A stretch of DNA of 64,000 nucleotides from Ignavibacteriota bacterium (GTDB lineage Bacteria; Bacteroidota; Ignavibacteria; SZUA-365): the NCBI GenBank assembly GCA_016218045.1, contig JACRFB010000063.1, forward strand, positions 68,226-132,225, read 5' to 3'. A program made the translations under genes and the position numbers. Under the pieces are notes generated by a model. It saw only the letters and a program-made list of their open reading frames with translations, did no database searches and was not told the DNA's origin. Shown in pieces: positions 31,292-40,332 of this stretch (position 1 is the first letter of the stretch; each line of letters begins with the position of its first letter).

Positions 31292-32218
31292 TTATTTCAC
31301 ACCCACATGCGAGAGCATTTCCTTGATGCCTCCAAGCGATCCCATGACACCGGACGCTTCATACGGCAGAAACACGACTTTCTGGGCACCATTTGCGATA
31401 TCCTTGAGCGACTCGAGGTATTTCATCGCGATGAGGTAGCTCGACGGATCACCGCCCACCGTCACTTTCAGCGATTCGGTGACGAGAGAAATTGCCTGCG
31501 CCTCGGCATTCGCGACACGCATACGCGCCTCTGCCTGACCCTCGGCCTGCAGGATGGCGGACTGCTTCTGCCCCTCGGCCGACACGATGGCCGACTGCTT
31601 CTCGCCCTCGGCACGAAGGATGGCCGACGACTTCTCGCCTTCGGCCTGCAGGATGGCGGCGCGGCGGTTCCGTTCGGCGGTCATCTGCTTTTCCATGGTG
31701 AGGCGGATATCTTCTGGCGGCAGAATGTTGCGCAGTTCGATGCGCATGACTTTGACGCCCCACTTGTCGGTGGCGCTGTCGAGGGATGCGCGGAGCTTGG
31801 TGTTGATCACTTCGCGGCCCGCGAGCGTGTGGTCGAGATCCATCTCGCCGATGACGGCGCGCAGGGCGCTGAGCGTGAGCTGCTGAATACCGCGTTGCAG
31901 TGTCGAAATTTCGTACACGGCTTTGACGGGATCGATGATCTGCCAGTACACGATGCAGTCCACTTCCATCGTCACGTTGTCGCGCGTGATCACCGGCTGC
32001 GGTTCGATGTCGGTGAGCTGTTCGCGAAGGTCGAGTGTCGCGCGCACGCTGTCGATGAAGGGCACGATGATGTTCAGACCGGAGATCGCGGTCTTGTGAT
32101 ATTTCCCGAGGCGCTCGATGATCTTGACCGAGGCCTGGCTGACCATCTTGATGCTGCTCAACGCCACGATGAAGGCGAAGAAGACAACAATCACGATGAT
32201 GACGGTGGCGGCTTCCAT
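31292..32218 (-). CDS. SPFH/stomatin-like (QmcA/paraslipin) membrane protein
   Basis: N-terminal TM, ERLGKY, ITRDNV, WGVKV.R.E and QM.AER motifs, then repeated AEG.KQSAI heptads. GGAGG precedes ATG 32218. Confidence 0.93.
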   Translation of the reverse strand: MEAATVIIVIVVFFAFIVALSSIKMVSQASVKIIERLGKYHKTAISGLNIIVPFIDSVRATLDLREQLTDIEPQPVITRDNVTMEVDCIVYWQIIDPVKAVYEISTLQRGIQQLTLSALRAVIGEMDLDHTLAGREVINTKLRASLDSATDKWGVKVMRIELRNILPPEDIRLTMEKQMTAERNRRAAILQAEGEKSSAILRAEGEKQSAIVSAEGQKQSAILQAEGQAEARMRVANAEAQAISLVTESLKVTVGGDPSSYLIAMKYLESLKDIANGAQKVVFLPYEASGVMGSLGGIKEMLSHVGVK

Positions 32219-32288
32219 GATTCCTCCGTGAGAAAATTCCGGGTTGCGAATGAGATGCGGGACGGGATAGGCGGGGAAGGGTGTGCGC

Positions 32289-32729
32289 TCACGTGCGCGC
32301 GACGATGAACTTTGCGCCGTCGAGACTCTGCACCGTGACGCGGGCCGAGACTTCGATGACGGAGCCGTCGGCGGAGCGGGCGGCCCAGTCCTGACCGTCA
32401 ACCAACACACGCCCGAGACTGTGTTCATTGTCGATGGTTTCGGTCACGATGCCCGCGCGCCCAAGCATGGCGTCGGCGTTGGTTTTCAGATCCGCGCCCG
32501 GCGAGGCGCGCATGAACACGTTTTTGAAGACCGTGCGCGAGAGGAAGACGAGCACGATGGACACGACCACAAAAACGAGGGTTTGAATCAGGGGATTGTG
32601 AACACCCGCGAGATCGAGCAGGCCTGCCAGTAGCGCGCCGACGCCAAACCATAACAGGACAAAGCCGGGTGTGACGATCTCGAGGATGAAGAACAGTACG
32701 GCGGCGGCGAACCACCAATAATACAGCAT
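32289..32729 (-). CDS. NfeD-like (YbbJ) protein
   Basis: Hydrophobic N-terminus (LEI.TPGF.L.W.G), C-terminal OB fold (G.V.VDGQDW.ARS) and adjacency to an SPFH gene. Confidence 0.88.
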   Translation of the reverse strand: MLYYWWFAAAVLFFILEIVTPGFVLLWFGVGALLAGLLDLAGVHNPLIQTLVFVVVSIVLVFLSRTVFKNVFMRASPGADLKTNADAMLGRAGIVTETIDNEHSLGRVLVDGQDWAARSADGSVIEVSARVTVQSLDGAKFIVART

Positions 32730-32810
32730 GGCGTATTCCGTATCGGTTGGAAAACAGTGGAGGATGCGGGAGTGTATTACCCGGCGCAAGTACGCATGAG
32801 AATCGCCGAT

Positions 32811-32839
32811 AAAGTACTCGGATTCTCCCCAAGAGTCAA
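32811..32839 (-). promoter_or_regulatory. Putative sigma70-type promoter for nfeD-SPFH
   Basis: The minus strand reads TTGACT-N17-TACTTT. Confidence 0.6.
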
Positions 32840-32866
32840 CTGCGCGTCGAAATGTGTGTTGTTTTC

Positions 32867-33994
32867 TCAGCCGTGCGCGCGACGGAAGCGCCACACCGCC
32901 GCGCCGAACATACACACGCCGAACGCCGCGAGCGACGCCGTCTCCTTCCACAATTCCGCCGGGCCGCTGCCCTTGAGATAGATTTCACGCAGCACCGTCA
33001 GATAGTAGCGCACCGGGTTGGCGTAGGTGATCGTTTGAATCGCGTCGGGCATGTTAGCGATGGGGATAAAAAATCCCGACAGCAGCATGGCAAATATCAT
33101 GAAGAACCACGCGACGAACAGGGCCTGCTGCTGCGATTCGGCGACGGTGGAAATCAGGATGCCGAGACCGAGCGTCGTGAGGAGAAACAGGGCCGATTCG
33201 GCGAGCAGCAGCGGGATGCTTCCGGCGACACTGATGTCGAAGATCAGCCAGACAAACACCATCGCGAGAATAATCTCGAGAAAGCCGAGAATCGTGAAGG
33301 GGATGATCTTTCCCGCGATGAACTGATACGAGCGTATGGGTGTGACGAGCAACTGTTCCAGCGTGCCGATTTCCTTCTCGCGCACGATGCCCATGCTGGT
33401 GAGAAATACCGTGATGATGACGAGAATGATCGCCATGATGCCGGGAACGATATACACCTTGCTCTCGAGATTTGGATTATACCAATACCGCGCTTCGGGC
33501 TCCGCGCCGCGAATGGCGGCGCCGCGGCGCGCAAGCCCCGGATCCGCCTCGAGAAGTCGTGCCTGGAAATTGCGGGATATGTCGGCTGCGTATGCGAGCG
33601 CAATGCCCGCGGTGTTGCCGTCGAGTCCATCGACCATGAGCTGCAGCGCGGGGCTGCGTCCGCGCACCGCATCACGCTGGAAGCCCTCGGGGATCGAGAG
33701 GGCGAGCTGTGCCTCGCTGCGGTCCATATGTCCCGTCAGTGTGCTGCCGCCGCGCTGCTCGCGTCCCACGAGTTTGAAGTACCGCGTGTGCGCGAACGAC
33801 TCGATGAGTTGTCGGCTCATGGGTGTGTCGTCGGCGTCGTGAATCACGAGGCGCAGATCCACAACATCGGTGGTGACCGCGTTTCCAAGAATAAATATCT
33901 GGATCAGCGGCACAACAAAGAGCAGGCCCAGCATGACGCGGTCGCGCGCGATCTGGCGGAATTCCTTCTGGACGAGGTAGAGTATCTGCTGCAT
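32867..33994 (-). CDS. ABC-2 type permease (YbhR-like)
   Basis: KEF.Q..RD, WYNPNL, REKE.GTLEQLLVTP and LSGF..PI..MP motifs. Confidence 0.9.
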   Translation of the reverse strand: MQQILYLVQKEFRQIARDRVMLGLLFVVPLIQIFILGNAVTTDVVDLRLVIHDADDTPMSRQLIESFAHTRYFKLVGREQRGGSTLTGHMDRSEAQLALSIPEGFQRDAVRGRSPALQLMVDGLDGNTAGIALAYAADISRNFQARLLEADPGLARRGAAIRGAEPEARYWYNPNLESKVYIVPGIMAIILVIITVFLTSMGIVREKEIGTLEQLLVTPIRSYQFIAGKIIPFTILGFLEIILAMVFVWLIFDISVAGSIPLLLAESALFLLTTLGLGILISTVAESQQQALFVAWFFMIFAMLLSGFFIPIANMPDAIQTITYANPVRYYLTVLREIYLKGSGPAELWKETASLAAFGVCMFGAAVWRFRRAHG

Positions 33995-34006
33995 GCCGTC
34001 GCGCCC

Positions 34007-35128
34007 CTAATCCAATGTCACCTTGAAACGTTTGATCGCAATGGCGAGAATACCAGCGCCTATGCCCGCGAGCGCGAGCGTTTCGGGTAGAATATCGGAA
34101 ATACCGACCCCTTTCAGCATAATACCGCGGATGATGACCAGATAGTACGTCGCGGGAAGCGCGCGCGACACAAGCTGCAGGGGCGCGGGCATGCTCGCGA
34201 TGGGGAAGAGGAAGCCGCTCATGAGAAAGGTCGGAAGTATCGTCGACATCACCGTCATAAGCATCGCTATCTGCTGCGATTTGGCGATGGTGGAAATGAG
34301 CAGGCCGAAACTGAGCGCGACAAAGATGTAGACGACGGACAGGACGAGGAGAAGAAGGGGACTGCCCACCACGGGTGTTCCGAACAGCGCCATGGCCGAG
34401 ACCACGATGAGAGCGCCGTTGGCCATACCGATGAGCACATAGGGCAGAACCTTCCCGATGATGATCTCGACCGGGTGTATGGGCGAGACGAGGATCTGCT
34501 CCATCGTGCCCGATTCCTTCTCTCGCGTGATGGTGATGGAGGTGAGCAGCGCGCTGGTCAGCATGAGGAGCAGGGCGATCAGTCCGGGCACAAAAAAGTG
34601 CGTGCTCTTCATGTCGGGATTGTAGAGGATTTTTGGTTCCACCGTTGCGAGCGACGCCTGCACGATGCCCTGCGATTGATTGAAGAGGCGAAATACGTTC
34701 GCCGCGTACGTGCCGACGTAGGTTCCGACATTCGAATCGGTCGCATCAACGAGCACCTGCACTTTGACGGACGGTCCTGTGCGCAGGGCCTGCGCGAAGT
34801 CGCGCGGAATGACCAGCACCATCTTTGCGTTGCGCGAGCGGAAGATCTCCTCCGCCGCGGACGCGGCACCCGCATACCCTGCAAAGTGAAAAAAGCCGTT
34901 GCGGCGGAACGCATCGATGAGCGCGCGGCTCTCGGGCGTGTGCGAATCGTCGACGACGGCAAAATCGATGTTACGCATGTCGAGCGTGATGCCGTAACCG
35001 TAGAGGGCGATCATCAGCACCGGCATCAGGAGCACTATCATCAACGAGCGGAAATCACGGAGTATGTGGATCAACTCCTTGCGCATGATCGCAACCAGGC
35101 GACGTGGCATTCCGCGCATCTCCGTCAC
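34007..35128 (-). CDS. ABC-2 type permease (YbhS-like)
   Basis: KE..HI.RD, YNP....FFVPG, REKE.GTMEQ and SGF.FPI..MP motifs. The true start may be a few codons downstream. Confidence 0.9.
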   Translation of the reverse strand: MTEMRGMPRRLVAIMRKELIHILRDFRSLMIVLLMPVLMIALYGYGITLDMRNIDFAVVDDSHTPESRALIDAFRRNGFFHFAGYAGAASAAEEIFRSRNAKMVLVIPRDFAQALRTGPSVKVQVLVDATDSNVGTYVGTYAANVFRLFNQSQGIVQASLATVEPKILYNPDMKSTHFFVPGLIALLLMLTSALLTSITITREKESGTMEQILVSPIHPVEIIIGKVLPYVLIGMANGALIVVSAMALFGTPVVGSPLLLLVLSVVYIFVALSFGLLISTIAKSQQIAMLMTVMSTILPTFLMSGFLFPIASMPAPLQLVSRALPATYYLVIIRGIMLKGVGISDILPETLALAGIGAGILAIAIKRFKVTLD

Positions 35129-35886
35129 CCCTCCCTCGAGGACTTGGCGCGCGCCGTCTCGTCGCGGACCAGCTTCATGAACACGTCCTGCATGCTGTCG
35201 AAGCCGTGCGCGCGCTTGAGTTCACCCGGAGTGCCGAGCGCGATGAGACGGCCGCCGTGCATGATGGAAAGCCGCGAGCAGTATTCGGCCTCGTCCATGT
35301 AGTGCGTCGTGACAAACACCGTGGTCCCCTTTGCGGCGAGTTCGTAAATGAGCCGCCAGAAATTGCGCCGCGAAATGGGATCGACGCCGCCGGTCGGTTC
35401 GTCGAGAAACAGGATGTGCGGATCATGCAGCAGCGCCGTGCCCAGGGCCAGGCGCTGCTTCCAGCCGAGAGGCAGGGAATTGGTCACACGGTCGGCATGT
35501 TCCTCAAGGCGAAGTTCCGCCAGCAGGGCCTCTGTCTTTACTCGCAGTTGTGCGCGTGTCAAACCGTACACGCCCCCGTAGAATTCGATGTTGTTTCTGA
35601 CCGTCAAATCTTCATAAAGCGAGAACTTCTGGCTCATGTATCCTATCGAGGCCTTTACACTCCGCGCTTCGCGCGCGATGTCGAAACCTCCGACACGCGC
35701 GGTACCTCCGCTCGGTTTGAGCAGTCCGCACAGCATCCGTATCACCGTGGTCTTGCCGGCGCCATTCGCACCGAGAAATCCGAACACCTCGCCGCGGTGC
35801 ACCCTGAGCGACACGGAATCCACGGCGCGGAACGCGCCGAAATCCTTTGTGAGCTCGCGCATATCGACAGCAACATCAGTCGTCAT
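35125..35886 (-). CDS. ABC transporter ATP-binding protein
   Basis: GANGAGKTT, YMSQKFSLY, LPLGWKQR, LDEPT and TTHYMDEAE motifs. Confidence 0.93.
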   Translation of the reverse strand: MTTDVAVDMRELTKDFGAFRAVDSVSLRVHRGEVFGFLGANGAGKTTVIRMLCGLLKPSGGTARVGGFDIAREARSVKASIGYMSQKFSLYEDLTVRNNIEFYGGVYGLTRAQLRVKTEALLAELRLEEHADRVTNSLPLGWKQRLALGTALLHDPHILFLDEPTGGVDPISRRNFWRLIYELAAKGTTVFVTTHYMDEAEYCSRLSIMHGGRLIALGTPGELKRAHGFDSMQDVFMKLVRDETARAKSSREG

Positions 35887-36823
35887 TGGGCGCCGTCTCG
35901 ATAAGGTGGATGAACACGTCCTCCAGCGTTGGCTCCGCGGGTTCAAGCGAGCCCTCACGCAGTTTCAGCGCGCGCTCGGCTGCCGCGCGGCCCGCTCCGT
36001 CGAGCGGCCGTTCCGTGGCCACGTGAACACGATCGCCGAAGCTGTGGACGGATCGTATGCCCGGACCTTCGCCATCGTCGAGTCTGATCAGCGACGAGAA
36101 CGCGTTTCCGTCTGCTCTTTCGCGTGGTGCGCTGTACATCGAGTACGGATACGATGAAATGATCTCGGCGGGTGCGCCCGAGGCGAGAATGCAGCCCTCG
36201 TTCATGATCGAGATGCGGTCGCAGAGCAGGGCTTCATCCATGTACGGCGTCGAGACTAGCACTGTGACACCGCGGTCGCGCATTGCGCGGAGAATGGACC
36301 ACAGCTCCTGCCGCGACACGGGATCGACGCCTGTTGTCGGCTCGTCAAGCACAAGCAACAGCGGATCGTGGATGAGGGCGCAGGACAGCGCGAGCTTCTG
36401 CTTCATGCCGCCGGACAGCCGCCCCGCCAGCCGCGTCGCGAATGGATCGAGCCGGCTGAAACGGTACAGTTCCTTTTTCTTCTCTGTCAACTCCGCCTGG
36501 GGTACGCCGAAGAGGTCCGCAAAAAAATCCAGATTCTGTTCCACCGAAAGATCGGGATAGAGGGAAAAGCGCTGTGGCATGTAGCCGATCTTCGAGCGTA
36601 TCTCGGTGCGGCCTGTGCGCGTTTCGTGGCCGAGCACGGTGACAGTGCCGGCATCCGGCGCAAGCAGCGTAGTGATGATGCGCATCGTCGTCGTCTTGCC
36701 CGCCCCGTCGGGTCCGATAAGTCCGAACAACTCCGCGGGACGAATCTCGAGCGAGACGTCGCGCACCGCTTCGGTTGCGCCGAAAGATTTCGACAAAGAT
36801 GATATGGAAACGGCAGGCGTCAC
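35876..36823 (-). CDS. ABC transporter ATP-binding protein
   Basis: GPDGAGKTT, LSGGMKQK, LDEPTTG and STPYMDEA motifs. The GTG start overlaps the hlyD stop. Confidence 0.92.
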   Translation of the reverse strand: MTPAVSISSLSKSFGATEAVRDVSLEIRPAELFGLIGPDGAGKTTTMRIITTLLAPDAGTVTVLGHETRTGRTEIRSKIGYMPQRFSLYPDLSVEQNLDFFADLFGVPQAELTEKKKELYRFSRLDPFATRLAGRLSGGMKQKLALSCALIHDPLLLVLDEPTTGVDPVSRQELWSILRAMRDRGVTVLVSTPYMDEALLCDRISIMNEGCILASGAPAEIISSYPYSMYSAPRERADGNAFSSLIRLDDGEGPGIRSVHSFGDRVHVATERPLDGAGRAAAERALKLREGSLEPAEPTLEDVFIHLIETAPNDD

Positions 36824-37707
36824 GGTATGTCGAGTGTCACGGTCAGAGGCATGCCGATCTTGATTTTTCCATCGGGATTGTCGAGCCGCACCTTCGCCGC
36901 AAACACGAGCGTGGTGCGGGTCTCCTCGGTGAGGATGGTCTTGGGTGTGAACTCGGCCTTGTCGGATATCCAGGTCACCGTGCCGTGCAGCGATACATCG
37001 GACGCGCTGTCGATGCGGATGGTCGCCTTCTGTCCGACGGACACCGACGCGAGATCGGTCTCTGCGATGTAGATGCGCGTCCACATACTGCGAAGATCGG
37101 CGATGTCGCAGATGGGTGTGCCGGGCATGGCGAGTTCGCCGGGATCCGCATATCGCACCAGGACACGGCCGTCGAGAGGCGCCACGATGGTCGCCTCGCC
37201 GATCTGCGTCTTCAGGAGGCCGACAGTGGAGGCCGTCTGCGCCTCCTTGCTACCGAGAGCGGCGTGTTGTTTCTGCAGGCTGCGGATTTGGGCATCGGAC
37301 CCGTCGAGCTGTGCGCGTGCGTCGTCGACGGATTGCCTCGTGGTCGCGTTGTCGCGCAGCAGCGCCTCGAGACGCTGCAGGCGCGTGTGCAGATTCTCAC
37401 GCGTGATGCGCGCCGCGGCGATCTGCGCGTCGAGGGCCGCGCGCTGATGCGCCAGTTCCTCGCGAACGGAGCCCGCCTGCGCCGCCTGCAGTTCAAGTTT
37501 GTCGACACGCACAGTGGCAAGGACGGAATCGGCGCGCACGTCGTCGCCGTCGTCGATCAGAACCGAGGTGATGGTGCCCGCCGTCTGTGCGCTTACACGT
37601 ACGATGCGCGCTTCGGCGGTGCCGGTGTACTCGAACGCGGAGTTCTCGCCGCCGCCGCATCCGGCCAGGACCGCGAGGACGAACAGGGAAGAGAGGAATG
37701 GGCGCAT
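36820..37707 (-). CDS. HlyD-family periplasmic adaptor lipoprotein (YbhG-like)
   Basis: Lipobox LAG-C, lipoyl/coiled-coil architecture and the AEFTPK.I.T motif. Confidence 0.9.
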   Translation of the reverse strand: MRPFLSSLFVLAVLAGCGGGENSAFEYTGTAEARIVRVSAQTAGTITSVLIDDGDDVRADSVLATVRVDKLELQAAQAGSVREELAHQRAALDAQIAAARITRENLHTRLQRLEALLRDNATTRQSVDDARAQLDGSDAQIRSLQKQHAALGSKEAQTASTVGLLKTQIGEATIVAPLDGRVLVRYADPGELAMPGTPICDIADLRSMWTRIYIAETDLASVSVGQKATIRIDSASDVSLHGTVTWISDKAEFTPKTILTEETRTTLVFAAKVRLDNPDGKIKIGMPLTVTLDIP

Positions 37708-37754
37708 GGGGAATGTTCTCACTGTGCGGGGAAAGGTGATGCGACGACGGGGTG

Positions 37755-39071
37755 TCATTGTGCGTCTCCGATTTCACGGCCGACGGCCTGTACGAGATCG
37801 ATCCGTTTCAGGAGATACTCGATGCGGGTTTGCGCGTGTTGCAGCAGAGAGCGTGTCAGCGCCGTTTCGGCGTCAAGCACGTCGGCGGGGATGGCTGTGC
37901 CTTCGCGCAGCCGCGCGCGGGCGATGTCGAGGCGCGTGCGCTCCTGCTGTATCTGCCGGTCCAGGAGGCCGATGGTCGCCGCGCGTGTGTCGAGATCGAG
38001 TAGGAGCGCGCGAATGCCGGTTTCGAGGCGGTTGCGCACCTGCTCCACACGAAGGGCCGAGGCACGCTCCTCGAGCTGCGCCTTTTCGATGGCGTGTTTA
38101 TCGGCGGACCAGGCCCAGAGATTCCATTCCATCTTCACACCGGCCGTGTAATAATCCATCCATTCGTTCCGGATCTGATCGACGCCCGGACGAGCGTAGT
38201 GCAGCGACGCGACAGCCGCAACGGTCGGGTACATCGACGACTCGGCCGCGGTGATCCCGAGTTCCGCCGAGCGCTGAGCCGACGCCGCGACCAGCAGGTC
38301 GGCGCGCGACGCGGCGGCCATCGCTATCAGGACTTCAGCGGAGGGGAGGGCGGAAGGTGGCGAAAGGTCTGTCGTGTCCACGCCGCCAATGTCGGTGGCG
38401 CCGGTGAGTTCCACGAGCGAGAGAAGTGCGGTGGCGCGCGCGTGGCGCGCCTGCGTGGCCTCGACATCGAGCTGCAGTATCCGTGTGGACACGAGCAATG
38501 TATCGAAGGCGAGACCCTGACCCTGCTCCGTCAGCGCGCGGCGGAGATGCAGCAGTTCCGCAAGCAGCGCGCGCTGTGACTCGAGGATGCCTGCAGCGTA
38601 TGTGGCCTGCACTGCCGCGTAGTAAAGGCGCGCCGCCGCACAGCGAGCGTCGAAGGCCGCGCCATCGGCCGCGGTCGCAGCGGCCGCGCTGTTTTCACGG
38701 GCGATGCGGTTGTGCGCATCCAGGCGGAATCCGGTGAAGAGCGGCGCGCTGAGGGTGACGGCTGCGTCGGCCACATTGCCGTCGCCGAAGGATATCGTTT
38801 TGACGGGCAGTGGAATGCCTGGAATCTGCAGATCGATTTTTCCGGTCTCGCTGATGCGTGTGTACGAAAACGAGGCGTCGAGGCGCGGCAGCCGCGAGGC
38901 CGAGGTCATGTCGGCCTGTGCGCGCGCCTTCTCGGCGCCGGCGCGGGCGATGCGCACCCCGTGCCCGTATTCCGCGGCCCGGCGCTGCATTTCATCGAGC
39001 GTGACAATGCGCGGCTGCGCCGCTGCAGTGAGCGACAGGAGACAACAGCAGAGGAGGAGTTTTCGAGTCAT
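37755..39071 (-). CDS. TolC-family outer-membrane efflux protein
   Basis: Signal peptide, two helical OEP repeats (PLFTG, W.LW) and operon context. Confidence 0.85.
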   Translation of the reverse strand: MTRKLLLCCCLLSLTAAAQPRIVTLDEMQRRAAEYGHGVRIARAGAEKARAQADMTSASRLPRLDASFSYTRISETGKIDLQIPGIPLPVKTISFGDGNVADAAVTLSAPLFTGFRLDAHNRIARENSAAAATAADGAAFDARCAAARLYYAAVQATYAAGILESQRALLAELLHLRRALTEQGQGLAFDTLLVSTRILQLDVEATQARHARATALLSLVELTGATDIGGVDTTDLSPPSALPSAEVLIAMAAASRADLLVAASAQRSAELGITAAESSMYPTVAAVASLHYARPGVDQIRNEWMDYYTAGVKMEWNLWAWSADKHAIEKAQLEERASALRVEQVRNRLETGIRALLLDLDTRAATIGLLDRQIQQERTRLDIARARLREGTAIPADVLDAETALTRSLLQHAQTRIEYLLKRIDLVQAVGREIGDAQ

Positions 39072-39712
39072 GCGTGTGTTCTCCGTGTCGACAATCCATG
39101 ATACACGAGGTCGAAAATGTGTTCGCGTCTGCGCGCAGCGAAGGCGGCAGGATCCCCGGCGATGTCGGGGGCGATGCTCTTGAGGAGCGGTATCGCGAGG
39201 TAGAAATAGACGCAGCTCCCGAGTACGGTAATGAGGGTCTGCATCGGATCCACTTTCCGGATTTCCCTGCGCCGGATGGCGCGCTCGACGGCCAGAAGAA
39301 ACGCGCGCGGAGGAAACGCCGGATCGTTCGCCACCCGCGCGAAGTGCACCGCCAGGTTCGTTGCGCCGGTCGACAGTTCGCGTGTCATGAAGCCGACCAG
39401 CGCGGGCGTGCGTTCCAGCATGTCCATGTAGGTGCAAATAAACGCGCGCAATTGCGACGCAAAATCCTTTTCTTTCGACAGGGACGCCGAGAGCACCATA
39501 AAATGTGTGCGCAGCATGTACGAGAATACCTCCTCGTACAGACGGTCCTTGGATCGGAAGTAATAATGCACCAGCGCCGGATTGATCCCCGCGCGCCGCG
39601 CTATGTCACGCATGCGCGCGCCGCTTTTTCCATGTTCCCCGAACACGTCGAGCGCCGCCAGGAAAATGGCGCTTTCGGTGTCGGAGTATTCGCGCTGGTC
39701 GATGCTGATCAT
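39068..39712 (-). CDS. TetR/AcrR-family transcriptional regulator
   Basis: N-terminal HTH: IF.AA..VF...G..GARMRDIA..AGIN.ALVHYYFRSK. Confidence 0.93.
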   Translation of the reverse strand: MISIDQREYSDTESAIFLAALDVFGEHGKSGARMRDIARRAGINPALVHYYFRSKDRLYEEVFSYMLRTHFMVLSASLSKEKDFASQLRAFICTYMDMLERTPALVGFMTRELSTGATNLAVHFARVANDPAFPPRAFLLAVERAIRRREIRKVDPMQTLITVLGSCVYFYLAIPLLKSIAPDIAGDPAAFAARRREHIFDLVYHGLSTRRTHA

Positions 39713-39718
39713 TGTATC

Positions 39719-39775
39719 TAAATGAAGTGTTTAATCATTTGTTTAAAACTTACGACATTCATGCGCGGAAGTCAA
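39719..39775 (-). promoter_or_regulatory. sigma70-type promoter with a putative TetR operator
   Basis: The minus strand reads TTGACT-N17-TAAGTT (39775-39747). An imperfect palindrome TTTAATCATTTGTTTAAA (39730-39747) covers the predicted start site. Confidence 0.7.
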
Positions 39776-39785
39776 GAGCCGCCTA

Positions 39786-40319
39786 TCAGAATTCCGCGCG
39801 GTGTATCACCGGGGAACAGGAGGCACAGAATTCCGCGGGTTTGATGTCGATGTCCTCGACGTAGGTCGAGGCGTTCATGACGCAGGGTTCGTCGGCGCAG
39901 TGGCGCAGTCCGTAGGTGTGCCCGAGTTCGTGCAATGCCTCCTTGAATGAACGGCGGCGGAGCAGATGCGACGACGGCGCCAGACCGTAGAGATCGTTGC
40001 GCAGACGGAACGAGGAAAAAATGCAGGCGCGGGCGGCCAGTTGCGCCTGTCCGAAAATGTAGGTGAGCACGGGCAGAAAAAGATCGTGCGAGGTGACGCC
40101 GAGCAGTTTCGTCTTGCCGGGTGGAGCAGTGTCGAGCAGCATCTGCAGGATTCGTCCGCTGTGGTACTGCCTGCGCGAGGCGTCGTATGCCTCGCGGATG
40201 GGGACGGGCAATGCGCCGACCGTGACACGGGCCGCGAGCACCTGGCCCAGATCCGCGGCGAATTCGTCGAGAGACAGGTCGCGGTCGGCTTCGAGCGGGA
40301 TGAGCAGAATGTCCGTCAT
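39786..40319 (-). CDS. Archaemetzincin-family (M54) Zn metalloprotease
   Basis: HELGHTYGLRHC, the Met-turn CVM and FC..C; also Y...R.QY and DLF.P...YIFG.A. Confidence 0.9.
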   Translation of the reverse strand: MTDILLIPLEADRDLSLDEFAADLGQVLAARVTVGALPVPIREAYDASRRQYHSGRILQMLLDTAPPGKTKLLGVTSHDLFLPVLTYIFGQAQLAARACIFSSFRLRNDLYGLAPSSHLLRRRSFKEALHELGHTYGLRHCADEPCVMNASTYVEDIDIKPAEFCASCSPVIHRAEF

Positions 40320-40332
40320 TCCTTCGTCACCG

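Noticed and set aside
32867..39712. TetR-TolC-HlyD-2xATPase-2xpermease operon as a novel system
   Set aside because: It matches the widespread YbhG/F/S/R-type ABC efflux layout, with a split ATPase.
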